Below, piece after piece: positions 1 to 9,253 of a DNA stretch of 64,000 bases (the first letter of the stretch is position 1; every line of letters begins with the position of its first letter). The notes under the pieces were generated by a model. It was not told the DNA's origin. It searched no databases and saw only the letters and a program-made list of their open reading frames with translations. This stretch comes from a candidate division WOR-3 bacterium UBA6260 (GTDB taxonomy: Bacteria > Hydrothermota > 32-111). The translations under genes were made by a program, and so were the position numbers. The DNA lies in contig DJVI01000015.1 of assembly GCA_002441125.1 (NCBI GenBank), positions 69,315 to 133,314 on the forward strand. The letters are read 5' to 3'.

Positions 1-652
1 TTATTCCAAGACCAAAGTTCGCTTCATTGTTACCTCTTGGAAAAACCCATAAATATCCACCCGGTGCAACCGAAGGTGTAAAATCAAAAATAATCTCTTC
101 ATCTTTAACCTTTGGATCATGTATTACCTGCTGATAACATGAATACATATCGATAAGGTTACAAACAGAGTTGATCCCAACTTTATTCGGAAGATACGAT
201 TCAACCCCATCAGCTATTATCAAAATCTTTCCAAAATACTCCTCACCATTTTCAAGAATCACTTTAACCTGTTCATCCTCAACTTTTGCATCAACAACAA
301 AACTACCTGTTTTTATTTCAAAATTGTTTTCCTTTTTAACTTTATCAGCTATATATTTTTCAAACTTTGATCTGTCTATTATAAGTCCCATATCAGGTAT
401 ATCAACATTAGCTTCAAGATCTTTGTATTTAACTTTCAATTTTGAAAATCTGTTTCTTATAAATGGGAGATCACTCTCTTTGAAAAACTGTTTTAAAGTA
501 TTGTTAGAAATACCTTCAGCACATATTATAGGTTCACCTATTACATCATCCTTTTCAAAAAGAATAACTTTATAACTTTTTTCTATCTTATAAGCAGCGT
601 AAAGACCAGCAGGTCCTCCGCCAACGATTATAACATCATAATTTTTATCCAT
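1..652 (-). CDS. FAD-dependent oxidoreductase, geranylgeranyl-reductase family (3' end runs off window)
   Basis: Manual minus-strand translation from ATG at 652: MDKNYDVIIVGGGPAGLYAAYK... (GxGxxG FAD fold) and C-terminal GGYLWVFP motif typical of GG-reductase family. Start overlaps stop of the upstream ferredoxin (ATGGATAA). The track's 171..575 '+' ORF is its antisense shadow. Confidence 0.6.
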   Translation of the reverse strand, partial: MDKNYDVIIVGGGPAGLYAAYKIEKSYKVILFEKDDVIGEPIICAEGISNNTLKQFFKESDLPFIRNRFSKLKVKYKDLEANVDIPDMGLIIDRSKFEKYIADKVKKENNFEIKTGSFVVDAKVEDEQVKVILENGEEYFGKILIIADGVESYLPNKVGINSVCNLIDMYSCYQQVIHDPKVKDEEIIFDFTPSVAPGGYLWVFPRGNNEANFGLGI

Positions 653-821
653 TTTTACTTAACGCTCCCACTGGACAAACTTTTATACATTTATCACATT
701 TTAAACAACCATCTCTGATTTCCAATCTGTCTTTGTACATTATTATAACTTTTGCGGGGCAGACAGCGACACATCCCCCACAGAGCCCACATTTTTCTTT
801 ATCAACCTTTATGTATTCCAT
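645..821 (-). CDS. 2x[4Fe-4S] ferredoxin (58 aa)
   Basis: Manual translation MEYIKVDKEKCGLCGGCVAVCPAKVIIMYKDRLEIRDGCLKCDKCIKVCPVGALSKNG* with two CxxCxxCxxxCP motifs. Below the ORF-track size cutoff. Starts 3 nt after the alaS stop codon. Confidence 0.6.
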   Translation of the reverse strand: MEYIKVDKEKCGLCGGCVAVCPAKVIIMYKDRLEIRDGCLKCDKCIKVCPVGALSKNG

Positions 822-823
822 TT

Positions 824-3382
824 CTACTCCAATAGTTTCTCTCTTATACTTTCAACTAAATTTTTGTCAAAATCTCTTACAGAAGCACTACCTGATGCCA
901 ATTCCTTTTTTCCACCACCTTTTCCCTTCAGAATAATGTTTATTTTCTCAATGTTCTTTTTAGCATCAAAATTTGTATTTGAGCTAAAAACTATATAGTT
1001 TACCTTTTCAGAATCTTTTGTCAAAAATACACCAAACACCTTTTTCTCTTTACTTTTTATATTATCCATAATTTTCTTGAGTATGTCAATAGTATAACCT
1101 TCAAAAAATCCGAACACGAAAAGACCATCTTTATATAATTTTCCTTCTTTTATCAACCTGTCAGTTATGTTGTTCATTTCGTATGAAAAATATTTTTCAT
1201 TCTTTCTTCTTAAAAGAATGTTCTCTTCCAAAACTTTATCAAACCTCTTTTCAAACTCTTCAATATCTTTCATCTTATGTTTCAAAAGAAGGTTATCTAT
1301 CCTTTCACTTAGTTCCTTATAACTTTTCAAAGCATAAAGAGAAGTAACAGCTTCAATCCTTCTTATACCTGTTGCAACAGATTCCTCTTTCAGTATTCTG
1401 AAAAGTCCTATCTCTCCAGTTCTCTCAACATGAGTTCCACCGCACAACTCTTTGGAAACATTATTAATAGTTACAACTCTTACATTTTTATCATACTTTT
1501 CGTTGAAGAATGCTAAAGCACCCTCTTTTAAAGCTTCCTCGTAAGGGACAACCTTTTTATCAACCAACAGATTTTGTGAAATTATCTCGTTTACGGAACT
1601 CTCTATGAGATCTTTCTCCTGATCTGTTAAAGGTTTAAAATGTAAAAAATCGAATCTGAACCTGTCAAAAGAAACGAATGAACCCTCCTGCCTCACATGT
1701 TCACCAAGCACTTTTCTTAGGACAGAATGGAGAATATGGGTTGCTGTATGGTTTCTCTGAATAAGGTATCTTCTTTTCAAATCAACTTTCTGATCATAAA
1801 TTTTACCTTTTTTAAATTCACCATAGATCTTTTTACCAACTATCATGTTTCCGAGTGGTGATTTGTAACTGTTGTAAACTTCAAATTCCAGATCATCTGA
1901 AAAAATTAAACCTGTATCGGCGATCTGTCCTCCAGATTCAGCATAAAAAGGTGTCTCTTTCATAAGTAGTTCATAAAAAGAATCCTCAAGTTCTCTGTAT
2001 CTTAATATGTAAGATGGATTTTCAAGTTTTTCATATCCAACAAATTTTGATACATCGCCCTCAAATATTACAAACTCCTTCTTGTTCAAACCTGCAAAAA
2101 CTTTATCCTTTCTTGACCTTTCCCTTGCTTCCTCAAGTAAAATTTCAAAACCTTTTTCATCTATTTCAAGGTTGTCTTCGTAAGCCATCTGTTTTATAAG
2201 ATCTAAAGGAAAACCAAAAGTATCATAAAGAAGAAATAATGTTTTACCATCAACAACATTACCTTTCATATTTTTCTTATACTCATCGTAAAGTTCTATT
2301 CCCTGTCCTATCGTTTTTAGGAATCTTTCCTCTTCAGATTTTATTATATTTTTAACTTTATCGGCAGAATTTAAAAGGTAAGGATACTGTTCTTTCATTA
2401 TCTGAACAACTTCTGAAACAAGATCGTAAAGGAAAGGTTTTTCAATCCCCATCTTGAAACCGAATCTGACTCCTCTTCTTAAAACTCTCCTTATAACATA
2501 TCCTCTTCCTTCATTTTCTGGTATAACACCATCAGATATAGAAAAAGTCAAAGCTCTTATATGGTCAGCTATTGAGTTCATCTCCTTTTTGTACTTTTCA
2601 TAATCAAGATCATATTTCTCTTCAAGTTTTTCTATTATTGGCATGAAAAGATCAGTTTCAAAAATAGATTTTTTGTTCTGCATCAAAGCTGACAACCTTT
2701 CAAGTCCCATACCAGTATCAACACCTTTATTTTTCAATAAGGTTCTGTTACCTGAACTATCCTGATTGAATTGGGGGAAAACTATATTCCATATTTCAAC
2801 ATACCTTTTGCAATCATTTTCAATAGAACAGGGAGATTTATTTTCAAGATCCTTTCCAAAATCGTAAAATATTTCTGTCGAAGGACCACATGCACCAGTT
2901 CCACCTGCCGGACCCCAAAAGTTTGTTCTATCATCCATCTTTATTATTCTTTGGGAAGGTATTTTCACAACATCCTTCCATATTCTGTAAGCTTCACTAT
3001 CATCCTTATGTACCGTTACATAGAGTTTATCCTTATCTATATTCAATTCTTCAGTTAAAAACTCCCATCCCCATTCGATCGCTTCAAGCTGGAAATAATC
3101 GTTGAAAGAGAAATTACCAAGCATCTCAAAAAAGGTATCATGAAAAGGAGATATACCAACCTCCTCAAGATCAACTACCCTTAAACATTTCTGGATGGAT
3201 GTTGCCCTTTTGAAATCGAAATCAACAAGACCAGCAAACATCGGCTTGAATTGTACCATTCCAGCAACCGTAAAAAGTAGTGTAGGGTCATTTTCTGGAA
3301 TGAGTGATGATGATCCGAAAACCCTGTGCTCTCTATCTTTAAAAAATTTTATAAATTTTTCCCTTAAAATTTGGCTCTTCAC
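824..3382 (-). CDS. alaS: alanine--tRNA ligase
   Basis: 852 aa. Class II core, tRNA-binding region with HTATHILHSVLRKVLGEHVRQEGS, editing domain with zinc ligands (CGGTHV), C-terminal DHHA1-like region. Confidence 0.95.
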   Translation of the reverse strand: MKSQILREKFIKFFKDREHRVFGSSSLIPENDPTLLFTVAGMVQFKPMFAGLVDFDFKRATSIQKCLRVVDLEEVGISPFHDTFFEMLGNFSFNDYFQLEAIEWGWEFLTEELNIDKDKLYVTVHKDDSEAYRIWKDVVKIPSQRIIKMDDRTNFWGPAGGTGACGPSTEIFYDFGKDLENKSPCSIENDCKRYVEIWNIVFPQFNQDSSGNRTLLKNKGVDTGMGLERLSALMQNKKSIFETDLFMPIIEKLEEKYDLDYEKYKKEMNSIADHIRALTFSISDGVIPENEGRGYVIRRVLRRGVRFGFKMGIEKPFLYDLVSEVVQIMKEQYPYLLNSADKVKNIIKSEEERFLKTIGQGIELYDEYKKNMKGNVVDGKTLFLLYDTFGFPLDLIKQMAYEDNLEIDEKGFEILLEEARERSRKDKVFAGLNKKEFVIFEGDVSKFVGYEKLENPSYILRYRELEDSFYELLMKETPFYAESGGQIADTGLIFSDDLEFEVYNSYKSPLGNMIVGKKIYGEFKKGKIYDQKVDLKRRYLIQRNHTATHILHSVLRKVLGEHVRQEGSFVSFDRFRFDFLHFKPLTDQEKDLIESSVNEIISQNLLVDKKVVPYEEALKEGALAFFNEKYDKNVRVVTINNVSKELCGGTHVERTGEIGLFRILKEESVATGIRRIEAVTSLYALKSYKELSERIDNLLLKHKMKDIEEFEKRFDKVLEENILLRRKNEKYFSYEMNNITDRLIKEGKLYKDGLFVFGFFEGYTIDILKKIMDNIKSKEKKVFGVFLTKDSEKVNYIVFSSNTNFDAKKNIEKINIILKGKGGGKKELASGSASVRDFDKNLVESIREKLLE

Positions 3383-4134
3383 TTTTCACCTCTTTTGGTA
3401 AACTTTTTTACAAGTATGATATAATATTGTAATTTTATATATATATGCAGTATCATCAAAAGAACAAATATAACTCCGGTCAAGTTGTGCATGTAAACGA
3501 GTTTAGATATATTTTTGAGATTCAGAACTCTATACTCTCTCAAAACAAGAAATGTTGAAGTAAAAAGAACCGGAATAAAATCTATTACAAGTAAAATGTT
3601 TATTATCCTGTTTATGTCACATATATCAACAGGGACTTTTTTCCTTTTTGAGAAAAAGATCAAAAAGAATAGAAAGAAAAAAAGAGGGAGAAAAAGAAAT
3701 AGAAAGTATCTGTCTTTTTCATCATAATTTTCTTCATTCTTTTCTTCTCTATCTGCTTGTTCTAGTTTAACATCATTTAAAGTATTACCTTCATTAATTT
3801 TAGTAGTTTCCTCTTCTTTAACCTCTTTATTTTCTTCTGATGGAATATTCTCCTGATTTTTTAGAGTCTCATCTTCAACAGTTTTGCTTTCGTAGATATT
3901 TTTTAAATCTTCAACCTTTTCAGTCTCCAAAGTTGAATCAACTATACTGTCATTTAAATCCTGTGAGAGATCACAAATAGAATCGTTATTCTCATCTGTA
4001 TATCTTCCACACATACCAGGATATGGGTCATTTTTTTTATCGAAAGGACAGGAGTCCTTTCCATAGGTAAAAAAAGAAAGAGTAACAATTAAAAGCAAAA
4101 ATAAGTATTTTTTCATAGTTTTATAAAATATCAT
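3379..4134 (-). CDS. hypothetical secreted/membrane protein with Cys-rich then acidic region
   Basis: Signal-peptide-like MKKYLFLLLIVTLSFF, then CPFDKKNDPYPGMCGRY...CDLSQD, an acidic E/D/K-rich stretch, then a hydrophobic F/L-rich segment. C-terminal third is very AT-rich and could be non-coding. Overlaps alaS start by 4 nt. Confidence 0.3.
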   Translation of the reverse strand: MIFYKTMKKYLFLLLIVTLSFFTYGKDSCPFDKKNDPYPGMCGRYTDENNDSICDLSQDLNDSIVDSTLETEKVEDLKNIYESKTVEDETLKNQENIPSEENKEVKEEETTKINEGNTLNDVKLEQADREEKNEENYDEKDRYFLFLFLPLFFFLFFLIFFSKRKKVPVDICDINRIINILLVIDFIPVLFTSTFLVLREYRVLNLKNISKLVYMHNLTGVIFVLLMILHIYIKLQYYIILVKKFTKRGEK

Positions 4135-4874
4135 AACAAGGAAAAATTGTCAATGTTTATAGAGTTGTTTCTGTTGTTACCCTTTAAAAATCTTTTCCTT
4201 TTTTCTTTTGAAAATCTTTCAGTTGCATAACTTACAGTTATTGGAGCAAGTTTGGTATAGTTTTCTATCAAAAACTTCTCAAGAGTTTCCTCTCCACAAT
4301 TTTTCCCAACCTCTCTTAACATCCATCCTATAGATTTTTTCAAAAGATCCTCTTCATCTTTTAACAAATTTTTCAATACTTTTAAAGGGAAAGAACAATT
4401 TTTTCTTTTAATAAAGTAATATAAAGAAACTACAGATACTCTCCTTTCCCACATATTATCTGATTTTGAAAATTTTTTTATAAAACTAAAATCATTATTT
4501 TCAAAAGAGTATCTACCTAAAATCTTGTAAGATGATGTATCAACAAGGTCCCAGTTGTTAACATATTTCATATTCCTTAAATAGAAATCCAAAATATCTT
4601 TTTCATCTTCAATATTTTTTTCATATTTCAAAACAAGTATATTAAGAGAAAGAAATCTGACTTCATGGTATTTTGAAGAAATCAATTTTTCAAGAGTTTT
4701 AAAATCTATATCTTTATATTTTTTTGCAAAATTTTTCAAGGTTGGCGTATCGATACCTAAAAATTTATCCCCCTCTCCATATTCCCCCTTTTTAGTTTTA
4801 AAGAATCTTTCAAATATTAACCTCTTTTCATCATTTTTCAAACTTAGCAACTCTTTCAAGATTTTAGTATACAT
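4131..4874 (-). CDS. DNA alkylation repair enzyme (AlkD-like HEAT-repeat glycosylase family)
   Basis: 247 aa. FLGIDTPTLKNFAKK, WDLVD and WMLREVGK motifs match the DNA_alkylation (AlkC/AlkD) family. Confidence 0.6.
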   Translation of the reverse strand: MYTKILKELLSLKNDEKRLIFERFFKTKKGEYGEGDKFLGIDTPTLKNFAKKYKDIDFKTLEKLISSKYHEVRFLSLNILVLKYEKNIEDEKDILDFYLRNMKYVNNWDLVDTSSYKILGRYSFENNDFSFIKKFSKSDNMWERRVSVVSLYYFIKRKNCSFPLKVLKNLLKDEEDLLKKSIGWMLREVGKNCGEETLEKFLIENYTKLAPITVSYATERFSKEKRKRFLKGNNRNNSINIDNFSLL

Positions 4875-5855
4875 TCAATAACCTTTATCCAAATCAACAA
4901 TATTTTTCAAATCTTTACCTTCAAGAAGGTTTGTAAGGTTGCTCACTGTAAAATCTATGTCACCCTCTTCTGCCTCTCTTGTGTGTGCACCTTTGTGTGG
5001 CGATATAACAACATTATCGAGTTCATATATGGGATAGTTTGAAGGGAGTTTCTTATTTTCTTCTCCTTCTTTTGGATATGTATACCAAACATCAAGAGCA
5101 GCCCCCTTTAGAATTTTATTTTTTAAACTATCATAAAGAACTTTTTCATTAACTATTTTACCTCTTGAAACATTAACAAGATATTTACCCTCAAGTAAAT
5201 ATATATTCTTTTCATTTATAAGATTTTCGCTCTCTTTTGTTAATGGAAGTGTTAAAAATATTATTTGACCAAAAGAAAGAGCTTTGTTTATATCATCAGT
5301 TAAAAGATCAAAATTTTGAATTTTTTCATAATTTTTCAATCTTCTTTTTACTCCCATTATTTCACAATTGAAAACTTTTAAAAATTTTGCAAGCTCAATT
5401 CCAATATTCCCTGCTCCTATAATAGAACATTTTTTCCCTCTAAGAGTTTCCCAATACTCTTTGTATAGACCTTCCCTATGCCAAAAACCTTTTTTAAGGT
5501 CATTATGGAATAAAACTATTTTCCCAAGTAGCGCGAGAGTCAATGCGAAAGCTCTTTCTGCAACATATTTTGTGTTCTCATGTGAATTACAAACAATTAT
5601 ATTTTTCTCTTTCAAAACCTGTAATGGGAAATTGTTCAATCCAGCATAGGGAACAAACAAGTATTTCAATCTTTTAGAAAACTCCACATGTTCTTTTTTC
5701 AACCTGTAAGTTATAAGAATATCGGTAAACTCTATCTCCTCTTTTTCAAAATCTCTGTTGATTTCAAAAAATGAAATTTCAGGGTATTTTTCCTTCAGTT
5801 GGTTTATTTTTACCTTCCAATAATCACTTTTACATCCTGCAAACCTTACTTCCAT
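4875..5855 (-). CDS. D-isomer-specific 2-hydroxyacid dehydrogenase (glyoxylate/hydroxypyruvate/phosphoglycerate DH family)
   Basis: 326 aa. NAD-binding GKKCSIIGAGNIGIELAKFL and catalytic R/E/H arrangement of the D-2-HDH family. Confidence 0.75.
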   Translation of the reverse strand: MEVRFAGCKSDYWKVKINQLKEKYPEISFFEINRDFEKEEIEFTDILITYRLKKEHVEFSKRLKYLFVPYAGLNNFPLQVLKEKNIIVCNSHENTKYVAERAFALTLALLGKIVLFHNDLKKGFWHREGLYKEYWETLRGKKCSIIGAGNIGIELAKFLKVFNCEIMGVKRRLKNYEKIQNFDLLTDDINKALSFGQIIFLTLPLTKESENLINEKNIYLLEGKYLVNVSRGKIVNEKVLYDSLKNKILKGAALDVWYTYPKEGEENKKLPSNYPIYELDNVVISPHKGAHTREAEEGDIDFTVSNLTNLLEGKDLKNIVDLDKGY

Positions 5856-5930
5856 AAAAAAATATTATCTTTTTTTACCATCCAGTCAACAGGAAATTGA
5901 AAAAGTTAAAGGTTATAAACTTTATAACTA

Positions 5931-5958
5931 TTGACAAAATCTAAGCTGGTTATATAAT
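5931..5958 (+). promoter_or_regulatory. sigma70-type promoter for rpsT (TTGACA-16-TATAAT)
   Basis: ttgaca at 5931-5936, 16-nt spacer, tataat at 5953-5958. AGGAGG RBS at 5971-5976 precedes the start. Confidence 0.5.
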
Positions 5959-5980
5959 AAGCAAAAAAATAGGAGGTAGT

Positions 5981-6232
5981 TTGCCAAAAAGTAAAGCTCA
6001 GGAAAAATCGGTAAGACAGAACAAAGTCAGAAGAGAAAGAAATAGAAATGAAAAAGATAAGATCAAAAAGATAATCAAACAAGCCCTTAAAGCTACAACT
6101 GAAGAGGAAAGGATTAAGATATTAAAAGAGGGATATAAAATAATAGATAAAGCTGCTTCAAAAAATGTTATAAAGAAAAATAACGCAGCAAGAAAAAAAT
6201 CAAAAATTGCAAAAATTCTAAAAGTGAAGTAA
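5981..6232 (+). CDS. rpsT: 30S ribosomal protein S20
   Basis: 83 aa, very basic, MPKSKAQEKSVRQNKVRRERNRNEK...AARKKSKIAKIL, typical S20. Uses a TTG start 4 nt after an AGGAGG RBS. Confidence 0.8.
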   Translation: MPKSKAQEKSVRQNKVRRERNRNEKDKIKKIIKQALKATTEEERIKILKEGYKIIDKAASKNVIKKNNAARKKSKIAKILKVK

Positions 6233-6235
6233 AAT

Positions 6236-6264
6236 AAAAAACTCCGCTTTCGCGGAGTTTTTTA
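6236..6264. terminator. rho-independent bidirectional terminator (between rpsT and tonB, convergent)
   Basis: aaaaaaCTCCGCtttcGCGGAGtttttt: GC stem flanked by an A-run and a T-run. Confidence 0.65.
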
Positions 6265-6290
6265 ATATTTCCATTTTTAATCTAATTTTA

Positions 6291-6908
6291 CTATTTTGTT
6301 AATCTGAATGTTATAGGATATGTCACATAACATCTGACAGGTAAATCCCTTGTCATAGCAGGTGTCCATTTCAACTGGTAAGCTGCTTTAACTGCTGCTT
6401 CATCGAGTAATGGATGAGCACTTTTCAAAACTTTAACCTGTGAAACTGTTCCATCCTTTTCTACAACAAGTTCAAGGAATACCGTACCTTCTATACCAAG
6501 CTGTCTTGCCATCTGTGGATATTCTGGATCTATTCTCTGTACCAACTGTGGTGCCTGTTCATAGATTCTGAAAATTTCACCTTCATACTTTTCAATGTTT
6601 AAATCCTCTGTTTCAAAAGATGTTTGAATATCTATATTCTTTGTTACCTCAGATTCCTTTGTTGTCTCAACTATCTTTTTCGGTAGTTGTGGTTTTGCAA
6701 TCTCCTGTGGTTCATTTATCTTCTGTATCTGGTCAGGCAACTTCTCCATAACAACAACATCTTTTTTCTCCTTCATCTTGTATGGGTTAGTTTTCAATTT
6801 TGGGGCAAAAAGGAAAAGTATTATGAAAAGTATGAGTGTTGTCAAAAGTGATGATTTGACAAATGTTGGATATTTTTCCTTTAAATCGTTTTTTATAAAT
6901 TTTTCCAT
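6291..6908 (-). CDS. tonB: energy transducer TonB
   Basis: N-terminal TM, Pro/Glu/Lys-rich spacer (PQEIAKPQLPKK), C-terminal TonB domain (YPQMARQLGIEGTVFLELVV...). Directly downstream of exbB-exbD-exbD. Confidence 0.7.
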   Translation of the reverse strand: MEKFIKNDLKEKYPTFVKSSLLTTLILFIILFLFAPKLKTNPYKMKEKKDVVVMEKLPDQIQKINEPQEIAKPQLPKKIVETTKESEVTKNIDIQTSFETEDLNIEKYEGEIFRIYEQAPQLVQRIDPEYPQMARQLGIEGTVFLELVVEKDGTVSQVKVLKSAHPLLDEAAVKAAYQLKWTPAMTRDLPVRCYVTYPITFRLTK

Positions 6909-6917
6909 AATGCTCTC

Positions 6918-7346
6918 CTATTTGATAGCATTAACTTTTTTAGCAGTCAAAGAAACATGAAGAGCGTTTGCTTTAATAAGTTGACCAAAAACATCGTTTG
7001 AAATCCAATATGGTGTATTTCTATCAGCCATTATTGAAACTATTAAATTTGGGTTTACTCTTTTCTTCTGCTCTATTATGTTTTTTATCTGACCAATAGG
7101 AACTATCCTGTCATCTATTGATACAACTCCTCTATCTCCATCATATCCAATCCAAACATGTGCTAAATTTTTGGTTTCTATCTTTTTTGATGATAATGCC
7201 TGTGGTAGATCTATTCTTAAACCTTGCTCTGTTCTAAAAACTGTAGTAACCATGAAGAAAATAAGAAGTAGAAATACTATATCAGATGTTGTTGAGGTTG
7301 GAATTGATGGTGAACTCTCTTCAACTTTTCCAAAATGTTTTCTCAT
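6918..7346 (-). CDS. exbD: biopolymer transport protein ExbD/TolR
   Basis: 142 aa, single N-terminal TM (IVFLLLIFFMVTTVF) plus ExbD periplasmic domain. Confidence 0.8.
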   Translation of the reverse strand: MRKHFGKVEESSPSIPTSTTSDIVFLLLIFFMVTTVFRTEQGLRIDLPQALSSKKIETKNLAHVWIGYDGDRGVVSIDDRIVPIGQIKNIIEQKKRVNPNLIVSIMADRNTPYWISNDVFGQLIKANALHVSLTAKKVNAIK

Positions 7347-7355
7347 CCTTCCTCC

Positions 7356-7793
7356 TTACATCTCATCATCTTCTGCGGGAGATAGAGATATTTTCTCTTT
7401 TTTCTGAGTTTTTTCAAAAGCTATTTTAAGCTGGTCAAAAACTCTTATCATATAGTCGTATTTGGCTGATCTTGTTGGTATTATAGAAAATATCAAAGAA
7501 TCCCCGTTGGGTTGTTTTAAAAGATCCATAGCTTTATCAGCAACTGAAGTCCATTCAACAGGATCATTTTCTATCCTTACATCTCCAAACCTGTTTATCC
7601 TAACATGGACAATATTTTTTGAAAGAACGGTTATTGTCTCTTTAGATTCTTCAGGAAGAACTATCTGAAGTCCCATCTCTGTGTTAAAACTTGAAGTAAC
7701 AAGGAAGAAGATGAGCATCAAAAATGTTATATCTCCCAAAGATGCTGTAGGAATATCAGGTTTTTCAACTTTCTTTTTTCTTTTAAATAACAT
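7356..7793 (-). CDS. exbD: biopolymer transport protein ExbD/TolR (second paralog)
   Basis: 145 aa, TM ITFLMLIFFLVTSSF, paralogous to 6918..7346. Confidence 0.8.
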   Translation of the reverse strand: MLFKRKKKVEKPDIPTASLGDITFLMLIFFLVTSSFNTEMGLQIVLPEESKETITVLSKNIVHVRINRFGDVRIENDPVEWTSVADKAMDLLKQPNGDSLIFSIIPTRSAKYDYMIRVFDQLKIAFEKTQKKEKISLSPAEDDEM

Positions 7794-7805
7794 TTTTTCT
7801 CCTGA

Positions 7806-8432
7806 TTATGCTTCCTCTATCTCCAGACTCATTAAAATTTCAATTATTTTATTTGATGCATCCTCTAAAGTTCTTGAATAACCATTTATAACTGTTTGGA
7901 AATATGTATAAGCTGCTGAAACTGGAATAGCTATAACAAGACCTGTAAGGGTTGTTATCAAAGCTTCTGAAATACCACTTGCAACGAGTTTTGGCTCAAC
8001 TGTTCCGGCAAGTGCTATAGCATCAAAAGCGTTTATCATTCCTGAAACTGTTCCCAAAAATCCAAGCATTGGAGCAAGTGTTATCACAGCAGATAAAAAT
8101 GGCATACCTCTATCAAGAAAAGCGAGCTCTGTAACACCTGCTTTTCCGATAGCATCCTCTATAGCACCTTTATCCTTTCCAACATACTGGAACTCAGTTA
8201 ATGCTGATTCTATTATCCTTGCAAAAGGACTTGGATTCTTAGCACAAAACTGTATTGCCGCATCTATTCCCTCTTTCTCTATTTTCTTTTTTAACTCTTC
8301 AACGAATTTTTTTGGATTCTTGTTCATTATCAGAAGAGTTACAAATCTTTCAATGATAAAAACTACACCTATAATCGCACATGCAAGTAGTGGCCACATT
8401 GTCCATCCACCTCTCTGGAATAAATCTAACAC
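7806..8432 (-). CDS. exbB: MotA/TolQ/ExbB proton channel
   Basis: 208 aa, 3 TM, conserved C-terminal region (LAFLDRGMPFLSAVITLAPMLGFLGTVSGMINAF). Confidence 0.85.
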   Translation of the reverse strand: MLDLFQRGGWTMWPLLACAIIGVVFIIERFVTLLIMNKNPKKFVEELKKKIEKEGIDAAIQFCAKNPSPFARIIESALTEFQYVGKDKGAIEDAIGKAGVTELAFLDRGMPFLSAVITLAPMLGFLGTVSGMINAFDAIALAGTVEPKLVASGISEALITTLTGLVIAIPVSAAYTYFQTVINGYSRTLEDASNKIIEILMSLEIEEA

Positions 8433-8506
8433 GACATCCTCCTGGTTAATTTTAGTTTATCTTTTTAAGAAATAAATTATACTTTCTTAAAATATTTTGT
8501 CAATAA

Positions 8507-8857
8507 TTATCTTGTTGACCAAATGTAATAGATTAACGAAGCGCAAATAGCAAAAAATCCTGCAAGAAGAATCATAAGCCCTTCAAGTGATCCAACCTGC
8601 ATAGTTTTTGCTATCTGTGGTAAAAGATCGTATGGGTTTGATCTTGCGAGTGCAGGGAAATAAACTGTTAGTTTTATTATATGAACAATAGCACCAGCAA
8701 GAACAAGTAAACTACCAAAAATTTCAAGAATCCATATCGATGGTCTTTTTATTATTTTCAACAATCTTTTCAAAATTAACGCTGAAATAAATAAAGATAT
8801 AGAAAAAAGTATTATTCCAAAAGCAAGCATTATCTCTGCAGGATAAAGAACTTTCAT
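8507..8857 (-). CDS. hypothetical small membrane protein
   Basis: 116 aa, 3-4 predicted TM. Overlaps the next gene by 4 nt. Confidence 0.4.
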   Translation of the reverse strand: MKVLYPAEIMLAFGIILFSISLFISALILKRLLKIIKRPSIWILEIFGSLLVLAGAIVHIIKLTVYFPALARSNPYDLLPQIAKTMQVGSLEGLMILLAGFFAICASLIYYIWSTR

Positions 8858-9243
8858 TTTGCCCCTCCTTTGTGTGGTTTAACAACATTGTAAAACCTTA
8901 AACTACCTATGAGGGAAAGAATACCTGAAAGGAAGAAGAAAAAGTATCCAATCCAGGTCTGCATATCAGTCATCTTTAAATTTCCCACAATTATCAAACT
9001 GTAAGCTTGGATAACAGCATAAACTATAATACCTGTCGGAGACAAAATTATGAACTGCCAATCAGTTTTTTTATGCAAAACCTTTTCATACCTTTGTGCT
9101 ATTATTCCAACAAGAAATAGAGAAAACCATAGAAGAAAAGCACCAACTATGGTGAGTATACTTGAAACCATCTTCGAATCTGTAACATATTTAGGTATTC
9201 CAGTTTGGGTTACCGAAAAAAGTTCAAAAAGTTTAAACATCAT
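8854..9243 (-). CDS. hypothetical small membrane protein
   Basis: 129 aa, ~4 TM. Confidence 0.4.
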   Translation of the reverse strand: MMFKLFELFSVTQTGIPKYVTDSKMVSSILTIVGAFLLWFSLFLVGIIAQRYEKVLHKKTDWQFIILSPTGIIVYAVIQAYSLIIVGNLKMTDMQTWIGYFFFFLSGILSLIGSLRFYNVVKPHKGGAK

Positions 9244-9253
9244 ATCTCCTCCA

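Noticed and set aside
171-575. 134-aa plus-strand ORF in the ORF track
   Set aside because: Antisense to the clearly coding FAD-oxidoreductase (GGGPAG..., GYLWVFP) on the minus strand. Low-complexity Ser/Phe/Leu-rich translation typical of shadow ORFs in AT-rich DNA.
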